Origin: Candidatus Bathyarchaeota archaeon
GTDB taxonomy: Archaea; Thermoproteota; Bathyarchaeia; Bathyarchaeales; DTEX01
Assembly (NCBI GenBank): GCA_963714275.1
Contig: CAVQNT010000010.1
Location: 1 to 57,391 of the forward strand
Length of the DNA: 57,391 nucleotides
Direction of reading: 5' to 3'
The position numbers were made by a program, and so were the translations under genes. Positions 10,849 to 19,474 of the stretch are shown here, piece by piece. Every line of letters starts with the position of its first letter. Within the stretch, counting starts at the first letter, position 1. The notes beneath the pieces were generated by a model. The model saw only the letters and a program-made list of their open reading frames with translations, was not told where the DNA came from and made no database searches.

Positions 10849-11376
10849 TTAACTTGTATCTTTTCTTATCCAGTCTGCGAGTACGATCTTTTTGGAATTT
10901 CCGTATTGCCTTCTTTCAATCACGTTTCTGCCTTCGAGCTCCTGCAAAGTTCGTGAAATTTTGGCTTTAGAGTAACCTGTTTCCAAACACAGGTCTTTCT
11001 GCAATATTTCACCTCCCTTCTCGACGATGACGTCAAAAACCTTCCGCCTAGAACCTGACAAAACCTTCAATGTTGTGTCTACTTTGACAAGACTCCTCAA
11101 GTCACTATTAGGTTCTGACGAAAAAGCTTGTTCAGAAACATGTTTTTCAAGCCTAACAACAGGCTCCCTTGCTTCCTTGTAAAGATATGAAGCGGACACT
11201 CCAGCTGCGATAGAACATATTATGATGACTGCTACCTCGGTTGCTTGATAAAGTATCGGAGTGTAAATTGTGGTGACGATTTCTCCTTCTACGACAATGT
11301 TTATGGGCTGCGACCTTGCCAACGTATTTGCTAAAATAAAGCATGAAATGGCCAGAATGACTGCGGAAGCTGCCAT
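10849..11376 (-). CDS. Membrane-anchored protein with C-terminal wHTH domain
   Basis: Two TMs then GGEILQKDL...SKAKISRTLQELEGRNVIERR. Confidence 0.8.
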   Translation of the reverse strand: MAASAVILAISCFILANTLARSQPINIVVEGEIVTTIYTPILYQATEVAVIIICSIAAGVSASYLYKEAREPVVRLEKHVSEQAFSSEPNSDLRSLVKVDTTLKVLSGSRRKVFDVIVEKGGEILQKDLCLETGYSKAKISRTLQELEGRNVIERRQYGNSKKIVLADWIRKDTS

Positions 11377-11458
11377 AGATTTATTTATTTTCGTAACCGT
11401 AGGCTCCCAGCCCCATATGATTATCCACCGTAAGATTAAAAAATTTTACTTTAAGAAG

Positions 11459-12667
11459 TTACTCGCCGACATCAGCAACCACGGATATCTTAGCCGCCTG
11501 AATCCCTGCAAATTCGATGAGCTCTTCATTAGTCACATAAACGCCTTGTTTTATTGCTTCAAAACGATACGTTCCACAAATCATGACCACCAGATTGTGT
11601 TCCCTGAAAACAACAAAGGATCCACTTGCAAGACCGGTCCAATCGTCCCAACCACTCCATGACAGGTCGCGTCTTTCAAATTGGTCAACGAGGAACCCCG
11701 AATCCCCTATTTCCTGCATTGTGACTCTACAGTGTCCATATTTTTCCGTTAGCAGCATACCTTCCATCCTACTTTCAAGGTACTGAGCCGCAACCTCATC
11801 ATTCACAAACTGGATGATCTCAATTGTGATATCCTTAGCAAAGCCGTTATCTGGTTTAGTGAAGGATCTACTGCTCATGCCAAACCCTTCAATCGTTGTT
11901 TCGTTAAGCCTCCCCTCCCCAGCAACAACCCAACCTTCCGGCAAATCCTCTGAGCCTATTATCACGAGCCTTGGATGAATCGATATTGGATAAGGAACTG
12001 CAGGAGGAGGACCAACAGTAAAGTTCACAATGGTCTCAGATGAGTCAACAAGTCCACTAAGCAATTCTTTCACACTAGCTTTTAGCGTGTAGATTCCAGG
12101 AACCCAGTCATAGGATACAAGTATGCAATATCCTCTGTATGAAAAAACGCTTGAAACATTAGTTGAACTACTTAATCCCTCTACACCACTAAAACCCCGT
12201 AAATCACTTGTATTAGCCACTAAAATTCCCTGAGAATCATACAGTGCTAAAGACATTTTAAAATAGGCAAACAAAACTTCATCATAAAATACATACTCAC
12301 TATCTTTTTCGCCTAGATTGCTTGATTCCCAGATTCCAGCGCCCTGCGGGGTTGAATAGAAATAAGTATAATTTAGCATGATTCCCATAATGTCTCCTTG
12401 CCTGAATTCTTCCTGTGGGATGGTGCTGATTGGAAATTGGGTTGGAAATTGTTGGGTAATATCAAATTTTATTGTACCCAACGACGTTATCTTTAAAGAC
12501 TCTACAGGAAATAGTGACCTGGCAGTAGCTTCCGGATTTAACTCTATAACCACAGGTGTGTGTGGAAAAATCCGTTGATTTGTTTCAGCAGCAGCTAATC
12601 CTAAGACTGCTGACCCAATAACTAACATCATGGTCATAACAATAACTTTACGATTCATGTCCTTCAC
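11459..12667 (-). CDS. Hypothetical secreted protein
   Basis: 402-aa ORF with signal peptide. Confidence 0.75.
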   Translation of the reverse strand: MKDMNRKVIVMTMMLVIGSAVLGLAAAETNQRIFPHTPVVIELNPEATARSLFPVESLKITSLGTIKFDITQQFPTQFPISTIPQEEFRQGDIMGIMLNYTYFYSTPQGAGIWESSNLGEKDSEYVFYDEVLFAYFKMSLALYDSQGILVANTSDLRGFSGVEGLSSSTNVSSVFSYRGYCILVSYDWVPGIYTLKASVKELLSGLVDSSETIVNFTVGPPPAVPYPISIHPRLVIIGSEDLPEGWVVAGEGRLNETTIEGFGMSSRSFTKPDNGFAKDITIEIIQFVNDEVAAQYLESRMEGMLLTEKYGHCRVTMQEIGDSGFLVDQFERRDLSWSGWDDWTGLASGSFVVFREHNLVVMICGTYRFEAIKQGVYVTNEELIEFAGIQAAKISVVADVGE

Positions 12668-12762
12668 AAGTCCAAGCTTTGATGAAACAGTATAAACAAT
12701 TTAGGTGAAAAATCGACCCTTCTCGTTTCATTTTTTGAAAACAAGACTTATTATTATTACAA

Positions 12763-12800
12763 CCCCCTCTCTCCCCTTGTTTGCACGGATTCTTTAAAAG
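12763..12800 (+). promoter_or_regulatory. C-rich/CACGGA-N4-TTAA promoter-like box, copy 2
   Basis: ccccctctctccccttgtttgCACGGAttctTTAAAAG upstream of 12843. Confidence 0.6.
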
Positions 12801-12842
12801 GGTTTTGAGTCAGCTCTAATGCCCCTATAGGGTGGTTGTGTT

Positions 12843-13163
12843 TTGGGTAAGACTGTTCCTTCCTTTCGTATGAAGCTTGAAAGCGAGATTGCTAAATGGA
12901 AAGAATTCATGAAGGCTCTTCCAGGCAACTCAGACAAAGAAGCTTTTGAAGAGTTAATGAATTATTGTCGCAGTTACGCGTCAGCTGCGGGAGCTGCTGT
13001 AAGGCCGATCGTGTCAGATGCTATGTTCATGTCCATTCTTCTAGCTCAAGAAAAAGAACTGAGAGAGATCATGGCTTTACTTGAAAAACTTAACAACGAG
13101 AAGGAGAAGCAGCAGGATGAAAATTCACAGCTGGGTCTCAAGAAAGAAGTACCTGCACAATAA
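12843..13163 (+). CDS. Small helical protein of the family encoded next to archaeal PolB2 (arCOG07300-like)
   Basis: MGKTVPSFR...W..F.KAL...DKEAFEELM...A.G....P.....MSILL..EK pattern; family recalled from memory. Confidence 0.75.
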   Translation: MGKTVPSFRMKLESEIAKWKEFMKALPGNSDKEAFEELMNYCRSYASAAGAAVRPIVSDAMFMSILLAQEKELREIMALLEKLNNEKEKQQDENSQLGLKKEVPAQ

Positions 13164-13365
13164 GGCCGCATACGAATATGAAAGGTTCTGCGTACCTGTA
13201 CCTAAACGGTTACAAAGCATCGTGAAACCCTTCGCCAACAGAGAAGTCAATATCAAAATAGAACCACACAAAGACGGCTTCACAATGCAAGTCCACCTTT
13301 CCTCCCGCCCCAAAACTTCTAAAGACAAGAAAAATAGCGAAGAAAAGCCTTCACGAACCCCGTAA
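13117..13365 (+). CDS. Small basic protein, possibly AbrB/SpoVT-like (paralog of 17947..18159)
   Basis: YEYERFCVPVPKRLQSIVKPF vs YQYEQIVMPIPRKFHDLVKPY; ATG at 13117. Confidence 0.65.
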   Translation: MKIHSWVSRKKYLHNKAAYEYERFCVPVPKRLQSIVKPFANREVNIKIEPHKDGFTMQVHLSSRPKTSKDKKNSEEKPSRTP

Positions 13366-13569
13366 AAACGTTTATGCGCACCGAAAAACACCCCGTCAAA
13401 ATCCCCACTTCTATACATACCTAAGCCATGAATTTAACAGGAAAATGTACATCAATCCTAAATACGGTTCCCAACTGCGATTTTGCTATAGGCATTTCTG
13501 TACACAGAAACGTTTTCGCCTATAGAACTCCTTGTTGCATAAAAATGTGTAAAAAGCTGAAAAACCCCA
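13358..13569. promoter_or_regulatory. Conserved intergenic control region, module A
   Basis: ccccgtaaaaacgttt (16 nt) and tgtgtaaaaagctgaaaaacccca (24 nt) are identical in module B; inverted aaaacgttt...gaaa / tttctgtacacagaaacgtttt pair. Confidence 0.7.
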
Positions 13570-13638
13570 AGCCCAAAAATTCGTCATTCATGCAGCCTTG
13601 ATGGCTAAAGCTTGTCTGTTTAAGGGCTTGTTAAGGAC

Positions 13639-14025
13639 ATGACAAGAAATGGGAAACCAGGACTTTCGGTCTTTAAGGGTAGAGAAGCAAGACTGAACAG
13701 AATGATCCTTCTCTTTCTTTGCAAAGAATGTTGTTTGAACATTTGGCAAGTCTATAAGAGAGTAAGAGAAACCCGAGGTTTTCGGCATCTAAGATACCAT
13801 GTTATTAATAGACGCATAAGAGACTTGGAACAAGAAGGATTCATCGAAGTAACGACTGTAAGAGAGATGCCTCAAGGACAAAAAGTGAAATTCTTCCAGC
13901 CTACCACAAAAACCTACCTCGCCTTCCTCCTAGATATCATTAATTTTGACCAACTCATACAGTCAGCAAACAACACAGACATCATCACATTACTAGCAGC
14001 CTTATCAGCCGCAACTATGACTTAG
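13639..14025 (+). CDS. Winged-helix DNA-binding protein (paralog of 18432..18809)
   Basis: LSVFKGREARLN...YHVINRRIRDLEQEGFIE. Confidence 0.8.
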   Translation: MTRNGKPGLSVFKGREARLNRMILLFLCKECCLNIWQVYKRVRETRGFRHLRYHVINRRIRDLEQEGFIEVTTVREMPQGQKVKFFQPTTKTYLAFLLDIINFDQLIQSANNTDIITLLAALSAATMT

Positions 14026-14104
14026 AATCCTTATTTTCTTAAGAAGGACATCTTCCATAACTTCTAATTACTCCTATACTCATAGAATTATTGTGGGGAT
14101 ATTG

Positions 14105-14251
14105 ATGGGCGATAGATCCCAATGGAGCGAGTTGATCGAGGCATCAGAGGAACTGCTCAATGCATACGCTCAATTGAGGGCAAAAGCAGCCAATGTATCT
14201 GATGCAAGAGAGTCAAGCATGGAAACCGAAAATAGCCGACTTCTTAACTAG
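14105..14251 (+). CDS. Possible small helical protein (48 aa)
   Basis: MGDRSQWSELIEASEELLNAYAQLRAKAANV..., gggga upstream. Confidence 0.3.
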   Translation: MGDRSQWSELIEASEELLNAYAQLRAKAANVSDARESSMETENSRLLN

Positions 14252-14275
14252 CCTTTTTCATGTCTTAATACTTAG

Positions 14276-14599
14276 CTATTTTCGCTCTAGCTTGAAGATC
14301 ACTGGTCTTAATCCGTCTGGGCAACACGCTACTGCAACTCCAGTTTCATCAAAATACTCAGGATACCAGGGATTGCCACCAAACCTGAGCGTCATAATTA
14401 TCGCGAACATTGCCTCCCAAGCCCAGGTGCAAAACTCGTTTGGCCTACAACAGTATTCATCAACCTGGAATACCTGTCCTTCTTTGAAGACGGGACATGG
14501 ACCACTATACTTTGCCTTGATTGGAGGATCTTTGAATACTTCTTTGGTGTCAAAACGCTTGAGCACTGTAATCTCTAAGTAACTTTCCTTCCTCTTCAA
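14276..14599 (-). CDS. TIGR04076-family protein
   Basis: GPCPVFKEGQVF...FCTWAW...CCPDGLRPVIFKLER. Confidence 0.85.
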   Translation of the reverse strand: MKRKESYLEITVLKRFDTKEVFKDPPIKAKYSGPCPVFKEGQVFQVDEYCCRPNEFCTWAWEAMFAIIMTLRFGGNPWYPEYFDETGVAVACCPDGLRPVIFKLERK

Positions 14600-14658
14600 A
14601 TAAACGCCTCACACATTGTCTAGCCCGCGCACTTTTATGGCTTATGGAAGGACCTTCG

Positions 14659-14700
14659 TTTGGGTTTGGTGTTAAATTTTAATCCAAACCCAAACCCAAA
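14659..14700. repeat. Inverted repeat tttgggtttgg-N14-ccaaacccaaa containing a recurrent motif
   Basis: Perfect 11-bp arms; right half recurs at 16274 and 18805. Confidence 0.7.
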
Positions 14701-14881
14701 CAGGCTATCTAACAGAGCCTAATAGCATAGCTAGTAGAGGGTGTAGGGGGTACACCTACACCTAGACCTACACCTACAAACAAAACAAATAAAAAAAACA
14801 CACACAAAAACACACAAAAACAAAAACTTTATACGAACAGAAAAAGAGGGGAAGCTGAAATCAGAATACGATTTGTGGTGG

Positions 14882-15292
14882 TTATTTTTCCTTCTTCGGC
14901 GTGGGTATTTCTTTAAGACCGAGTTGCCGCATCAAGTCCAAAGCACTATATTCACCATGGTCTTCCACGATCTTGCCACCAGCAAAGCGGTCGATGAAGA
15001 TCAACGAAATCGTCACCTTCTTATTGGTAGGAGGGATGCCCATAAATTCACCTTTGTGTGTGCCAGTCCACGTCGTGCGCGCTGCTACCTTGTCTCCTTC
15101 GGCGACCATGTCATCAATGGTTACATGCATGTCGGGAAACGCGTCGTACATCTCGCTCTCCATTTGTTTGAAGTCCTTGAGGTCGCCGCGCATATCGATC
15201 GATCGATCGATTGCTGCCATGGCGGCTGCCTTCCCCTTGTTAAACTCCTCAAGGAAACGATGCACAAGCTCCTTATTTTCTTTTGCTGACAT
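14882..15292 (-). CDS. SnoaL-like ester/polyketide cyclase (internally deleted paralog of 16552..16990)
   Basis: AFPDMHVTIDDMVAEGDKVAARTTWTGTHKGEFMGIPPTNK. Confidence 0.85.
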   Translation of the reverse strand: MSAKENKELVHRFLEEFNKGKAAAMAAIDRSIDMRGDLKDFKQMESEMYDAFPDMHVTIDDMVAEGDKVAARTTWTGTHKGEFMGIPPTNKKVTISLIFIDRFAGGKIVEDHGEYSALDLMRQLGLKEIPTPKKEK

Positions 15293-15391
15293 GACAAATC
15301 ACCCGCTAAGAATAAGTGAGTGCGCGTGAATATTTAAGCTTAAATAATTCATTGAGCAGAAGAAAAAAAGAAAAGAAATTCTCGATAGAAG

Positions 15392-15686
15392 TTAGAAATC
15401 AAAATTAGGCGTTCTGGGAATCCATGTTTCTCTTTCGCTACGTAAATACTTAGCAAATAATAATGCTTCTTCGTTAATTAGGGGTTCAAGGGTTTGTCTT
15501 TGACCGTGTTTTATTCTGGGGACATCAACCTTAGACTCGAAATAGCTGTTAAGCTTCCTCATCAAATCTGATGTTTTAGGATCGTTCAAGTATTCACGTT
15601 TAGCCATCTTGCTTCTGGAAAGTCTTTCAGTCTTAACTGTGAAGTCTTTAACCCTGAGACCTTGACAATATTGGATTAAAAAATCA
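15392..15686 (-). pseudogene. cas1: 3' remnant of a stand-alone Cas1-like gene
   Basis: DFLIQYCQ...KDFTVKTE...REYLND...PRIKHGQRQTLEPLINEEALLFAKYLR...WIPR resembles, from memory, the C-terminus of Bathyarchaeia solo Cas1; truncated at the 126-bp repeat. Confidence 0.6.
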
Positions 15687-15812
15687 GAATTACTGACGAC
15701 ATAAAAAAACATATATCACTTAATCCGCATATCTTTGTTGTTCGGGGAGCCCAACCTGTCTAAATATTTCCCTTCTCATCTCCCCGGGCAGCTTGGGCTT
15801 CCCGGGCAACTT
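15687..15812 (+). repeat. 126-bp dispersed repeat, copy 2
   Basis: Near-identical to 4042..4167. Confidence 0.95.
15737..15810 (+). ncRNA. Putative 74-nt hairpin small RNA, copy 2
   Basis: Stem identical to copy 1, loop variant, same promoter, T-rich tail. Confidence 0.65.
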
Positions 15813-15952
15813 CTTTTCATCATTCATCCTGCTTTAGATATCTGAAGCCTAAAATTTTTAATAGCTCGCCAGCCATGGGACAAAAAATGTTGCCTCTTTT
15901 TTGTGCGCAATTCTAAGATAAACCTTTAAACGAGGAGAACAACTGTAAATTT

Positions 15953-16198
15953 GTGGGAGTTGATTCTGTGCCTGTCGCTTTTGTCCTTATAAACACAGAG
16001 ATTGACGCTATGGAAAAAGTCTTGAAAGCCTTAGAGAACGTCGAAAACGTAAAAGAAGCTTATAGCACATTTGGAGTATACGACGTAATTGTTAAGGTTG
16101 AAGCACCGTCTATGGACAAGATCAAAGATTTAGTAACTTACCGAATAAGAAGGCTGGATGGCGTTAGATCAAGCTTAACGATGATAGTTATTGAGTAA
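15953..16198 (+). CDS. Stand-alone Lrp/AsnC ligand-binding domain protein
   Basis: AFVLINTE...FGVYDVIVKVEA...IRRLDGVRSSLTMIV. Confidence 0.9.
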   Translation: MGVDSVPVAFVLINTEIDAMEKVLKALENVENVKEAYSTFGVYDVIVKVEAPSMDKIKDLVTYRIRRLDGVRSSLTMIVIE

Positions 16199-16280
16199 AT
16201 AAAAATAGAATTCCAAAAGGCACTAGCTGGCTAGCGGTATTTTTCTAGCTCAGCTAGAAACATGGTAAAACTATAAAATT

Positions 16281-16520
16281 TTAATCCCAAACCCCAAATA
16301 GAGATAGAGAAAATTGACCAGTTAATTTATTTACATTTCTTTGTATAAGCTCAATATAGCCGCATTTCTTACAATAAAGCGGAATAATTTTATCGCCATA
16401 CCAGTCACCTTTCTTTGAGAAAAGGACTTCCCAAAAATGTGCATGGGTAGCAATCAAACTCCTGCCTTTTTCCATTTCTCCATTACATTTGGGGCATTTC
16501 TTGACTTCGTTTTCACTCAT
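16281..16520 (-). CDS. Small Zn-ribbon protein
   Basis: MSENEVKKCPKCNGEMEKG...YCKKCGYIEL; start reassigned to ATG 16520. Confidence 0.75.
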   Translation of the reverse strand: MSENEVKKCPKCNGEMEKGRSLIATHAHFWEVLFSKKGDWYGDKIIPLYCKKCGYIELIQRNVNKLTGQFSLSLFGVWD

Positions 16521-16551
16521 GGTTACTCCCGCTAAAATAGTATCAGTAAGG

Positions 16552-16990
16552 TTATGTTTCCTTTCCCTGCGTGGGTATAAGGCCGAGTTGTTGCATAAAG
16601 CCATAGGTATCATACCTAACCCATTCCTCCACAAACTTGCCATCAGCAATGCGGTCAATGATGATCTGCGATATCGTTACTTTCTTATTGGTAGAACCGG
16701 TATCACCCATTTTTCCACTATAGGTGCCAGTCATTGTTAAGCGAACTGCCACCTTATCCTCTTCAACAATCATATCATCAATAGTGGAATGAGCGTCTGG
16801 AATCTCGTTGAATGATTCGTCATTAGCTTGCTTGAAGTCCTTAAGACCACGTATATCCTTGCTGTGCGGGCAATGTAACACGATGTTGGTGTCATATAAC
16901 TCGTCTATTACGGTCATGGCAGCCGTCTTTCCTTTATTGGTCTCCTCAATTAGACGACGCACAAGCGCCTTAATTTCTTTCACAGACAAA
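16552..16990 (-). CDS. SnoaL-like ester/polyketide cyclase
   Basis: IPDAHSTIDDMIVEEDKVAVRLTMTGT...GKFVEEW; start approximate. Confidence 0.85.
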
Positions 16991-17063
16991 CCAAACCACC
17001 CGCTAATCGCCAATATAATTTTTATTCTAAAATTAAAAATAAGCCTTATTAAGCTATAAGATT

Positions 17064-17098
17064 CCCCTCTCCCTCTGTCTTCACAGACCTCTTAAATA
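17064..17098 (+). promoter_or_regulatory. C-rich/CACAGA-N4-TTAA promoter-like box, copy 3
   Basis: cccctctccctctgtcttCACAGAcctcTTAAATA upstream of the RadA-like gene. Confidence 0.6.
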
Positions 17099-17153
17099 CG
17101 TTTTTGCCGAGTTAGGTGCACGCTGGATTTCGCAATTCCTAGAGGAAGATGCT

Positions 17154-17906
17154 ATGTTGAAGCTCATCATGCCATTCACGGGCGTTCATCAAACAGCCGT
17201 CCACGGCGCGGAGTCCTTAACCTTCGGCGTCGAAATCATAGACAAGCTTTTCGGAGAGCTGAAAATGGGAGAACTCGTCGTCCTTCACGGTTCGCAAGTG
17301 TGCCACTTTCTTTCGGAACTGCTGTGTATCCGAAGCCAGCTTCCCACGGCTGAAGGGGGATTAAACTCGTCTGCTGTCTTCATCGACGGCAGCAACCGCT
17401 TCGATTTGTACCTGATCTCAGAAAACGCGCGTCTGCTTGGACTGGATCCTGAGGAAACCTTGAAAAACATCTGGGTATCCAGAGCGTTCACGAGTTACCA
17501 GCTCACCGCCCTAATCACTGAGAAGTTATCCGAACTTCTCAACCGGTTAAACTCGAGACTCGTCGTGATCTCGGACATCGCCACCCTGTACTGCGACTCA
17601 GACATCGAGCTGTTTGAAGCGAAGAGAACGTTTAACCGCGTCGTCCGTTTCCTCTGGAACCTCGTAAGAGAAAAAAACCTGCTTTTGGTGGTAACCTCTT
17701 TCTCCTCCAAAAACAGGCGAAAACGGCTACTTGAACAGTACCTTTTCGGACGATCCGACGTCTCAGCCAGGCTTGAGGAAGGAAACCCGCACGTAAAATT
17801 AACATTAGAGAAACATCCGTCTAAACCCGCAGTTTCAGTTGACCTGTTTTTTAACAAACCGAGGAACCAGTTTCTGCTGGAAGAGTTCATGGATGTTAAA
17901 GAATGA
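17154..17906 (+). CDS. Inactivated RadA/RecA-fold protein (PolB2-operon type)
   Basis: QLPTAEGGLNSSAVFIDGSNRFD, NIWVSRAFTSYQL, LVVISD; Walker A degenerate (HGSQVCHF). Confidence 0.85.
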   Translation: MLKLIMPFTGVHQTAVHGAESLTFGVEIIDKLFGELKMGELVVLHGSQVCHFLSELLCIRSQLPTAEGGLNSSAVFIDGSNRFDLYLISENARLLGLDPEETLKNIWVSRAFTSYQLTALITEKLSELLNRLNSRLVVISDIATLYCDSDIELFEAKRTFNRVVRFLWNLVREKNLLLVVTSFSSKNRRKRLLEQYLFGRSDVSARLEEGNPHVKLTLEKHPSKPAVSVDLFFNKPRNQFLLEEFMDVKE

Positions 17907-17946
17907 ATGTTACCGATTCTTTAAAATGAGGTAAGGAGGAAAGTGT

Positions 17947-18159
17947 TTGAGGCTTCGCCGCTGCGTTTTGAAGCAGCACTACCATAAGAAAGGTTCTTAC
18001 CAGTATGAACAGATCGTTATGCCTATTCCTAGAAAGTTTCATGATCTCGTGAAGCCTTATCTTAACAAGGACTTTGAGGTGTCTGTCCAAGTTCCCCCGC
18101 CCCCACATGAAGGATTAATGATAATTTTAAAGCCTAAGAAGAGTTCCAAACCCCCGTAA
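17947..18159 (+). CDS. Small basic protein, possibly AbrB/SpoVT-like (paralog of 13117..13365)
   Basis: YQYEQIVMPIPRKFHDLVKPYLNKDFEV; ggagga SD upstream. Confidence 0.7.
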   Translation: MRLRRCVLKQHYHKKGSYQYEQIVMPIPRKFHDLVKPYLNKDFEVSVQVPPPPHEGLMIILKPKKSSKPP

Positions 18160-18393
18160 AAACGTTTCTATATATAGAAAAATGCCCTTCTAAAACCAGA
18201 AAAAACCATGCCTTGCAATCCTGAAAATCAACAGTTTAAACATAAAAATGATTAATCTCCTTATATTGCTGGAATTTTCTACATGTAGAAAAAGTTTGCC
18301 TTATAGTATTTTTCTATGTATAGAAACGAATTCACCGCAGTCTTGCACGAAAATTATGATACATAAATCTGTGTAAAAAGCTGAAAAACCCCA
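18152..18393. promoter_or_regulatory. Conserved intergenic control region, module B, with three TTTCT-N6-AGAAA palindromes
   Basis: tttctatatatagaaa 18165, ttttctacatgtagaaaa 18275, tttctatgtatagaaa 18311. Confidence 0.75.
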
Positions 18394-18431
18394 CTCGTCA
18401 ACCTCACGGATAAAGAGCGTGGGAGGGAATA

Positions 18432-18809
18432 GTGAAACCAAGGCTCTCCGTCTTCACAGGACGAGAGGCAAAGCTAAACAAAGCTATCTTTCAAGTACTT
18501 GCCACAGAGGGCGCACTGACAATTTACGAGATCAGCAAGAAAGTAAGAACCCACAGATCATTAAGGTACAATAAATATTCAGTGATAAACCGCCGAGTCA
18601 GAAGCCTAACCGACAAGGGATATATCGAGACAATTAGCGCCAAAAGAACACAAACTGGCTTTCAAGCGCAACTCTACCAACTAACACTAAGAGCCTATCT
18701 TGCCATCACATTAAGCAAGATCGACTTAGACAGGTTCATTGAAGAAGCCAGTGAAAAGAACATCATAAATGCCTTAACTTCTATAACACCTCTCCTAGAT
18801 GAAGGTTAA
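18432..18809 (+). CDS. Winged-helix DNA-binding protein (paralog of 13639..14025)
   Basis: LSVFTGREAKLN...YSVINRRVRSLTDKGYIE...LYQLTLRAYLA. Confidence 0.8.
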   Translation: MKPRLSVFTGREAKLNKAIFQVLATEGALTIYEISKKVRTHRSLRYNKYSVINRRVRSLTDKGYIETISAKRTQTGFQAQLYQLTLRAYLAITLSKIDLDRFIEEASEKNIINALTSITPLLDEG

Positions 18810-18922
18810 ATTTTAACCCCCAAACCCAAAAAATATTGGCACAATAGCAAGCTAGCTAGATATCACACAAAACGATATTAAGAAACAATACAAAATTGAA
18901 GAAAAATGTTACTACTAGGGTG

Positions 18923-19443
18923 ATGGATCTTAACGGAAATCAAGATTCGCAGAGCAGAACTGTTAGACTTGAATAAGATCATCAGAGCTACAGTTAGACC
19001 TACAGAGCCACCTTGAAAAATCTAGCTCCCGCATATGGAGATACACCGACGAAAGAAAAGGAAACTTAAGACAACAATTTAAGAATGACATCCAGAATGA
19101 AAATGTTCTACTTTTAGTAGCTGAAGCTAAAAAAAAGACTGTCGGATTCGCGCAAGGAATTATAATGCACAGAACGGATTATTTGCCTAACATTATTGGA
19201 ATGCTGTCCACAATATATGTAGACCAAAAGTTCAGAAGGCAAGGTATTGGAAGAAAACTGGTCTATGAAATCTGTAAATTTTTTAAAGCCAATAAAGTTG
19301 AAAAGATCTATCTAAGATATGTTTTAGGAAACATTGAAGGCGAGAAATTCTGGAAAGACCTAGGATTCAAAAAGATTCTAGTGACCGCTGGAACTGACAT
19401 CAACAAAGTGGAGAAAAACTTGCAGAGAAAAGTAAAAATTTAA
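18923..19443 (+). CDS. GNAT acetyltransferase (frameshifted 5' part)
   Basis: IYVDQKFRRQGIGRKL, NIEGEKFWKDLGF; upstream frames give EIKIRRAELLDL and LLVAEAKKKTVGF. Confidence 0.8.
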
Positions 19444-19474
19444 TTCCTTCCTTCCCAAACCTAAACATATTGAA

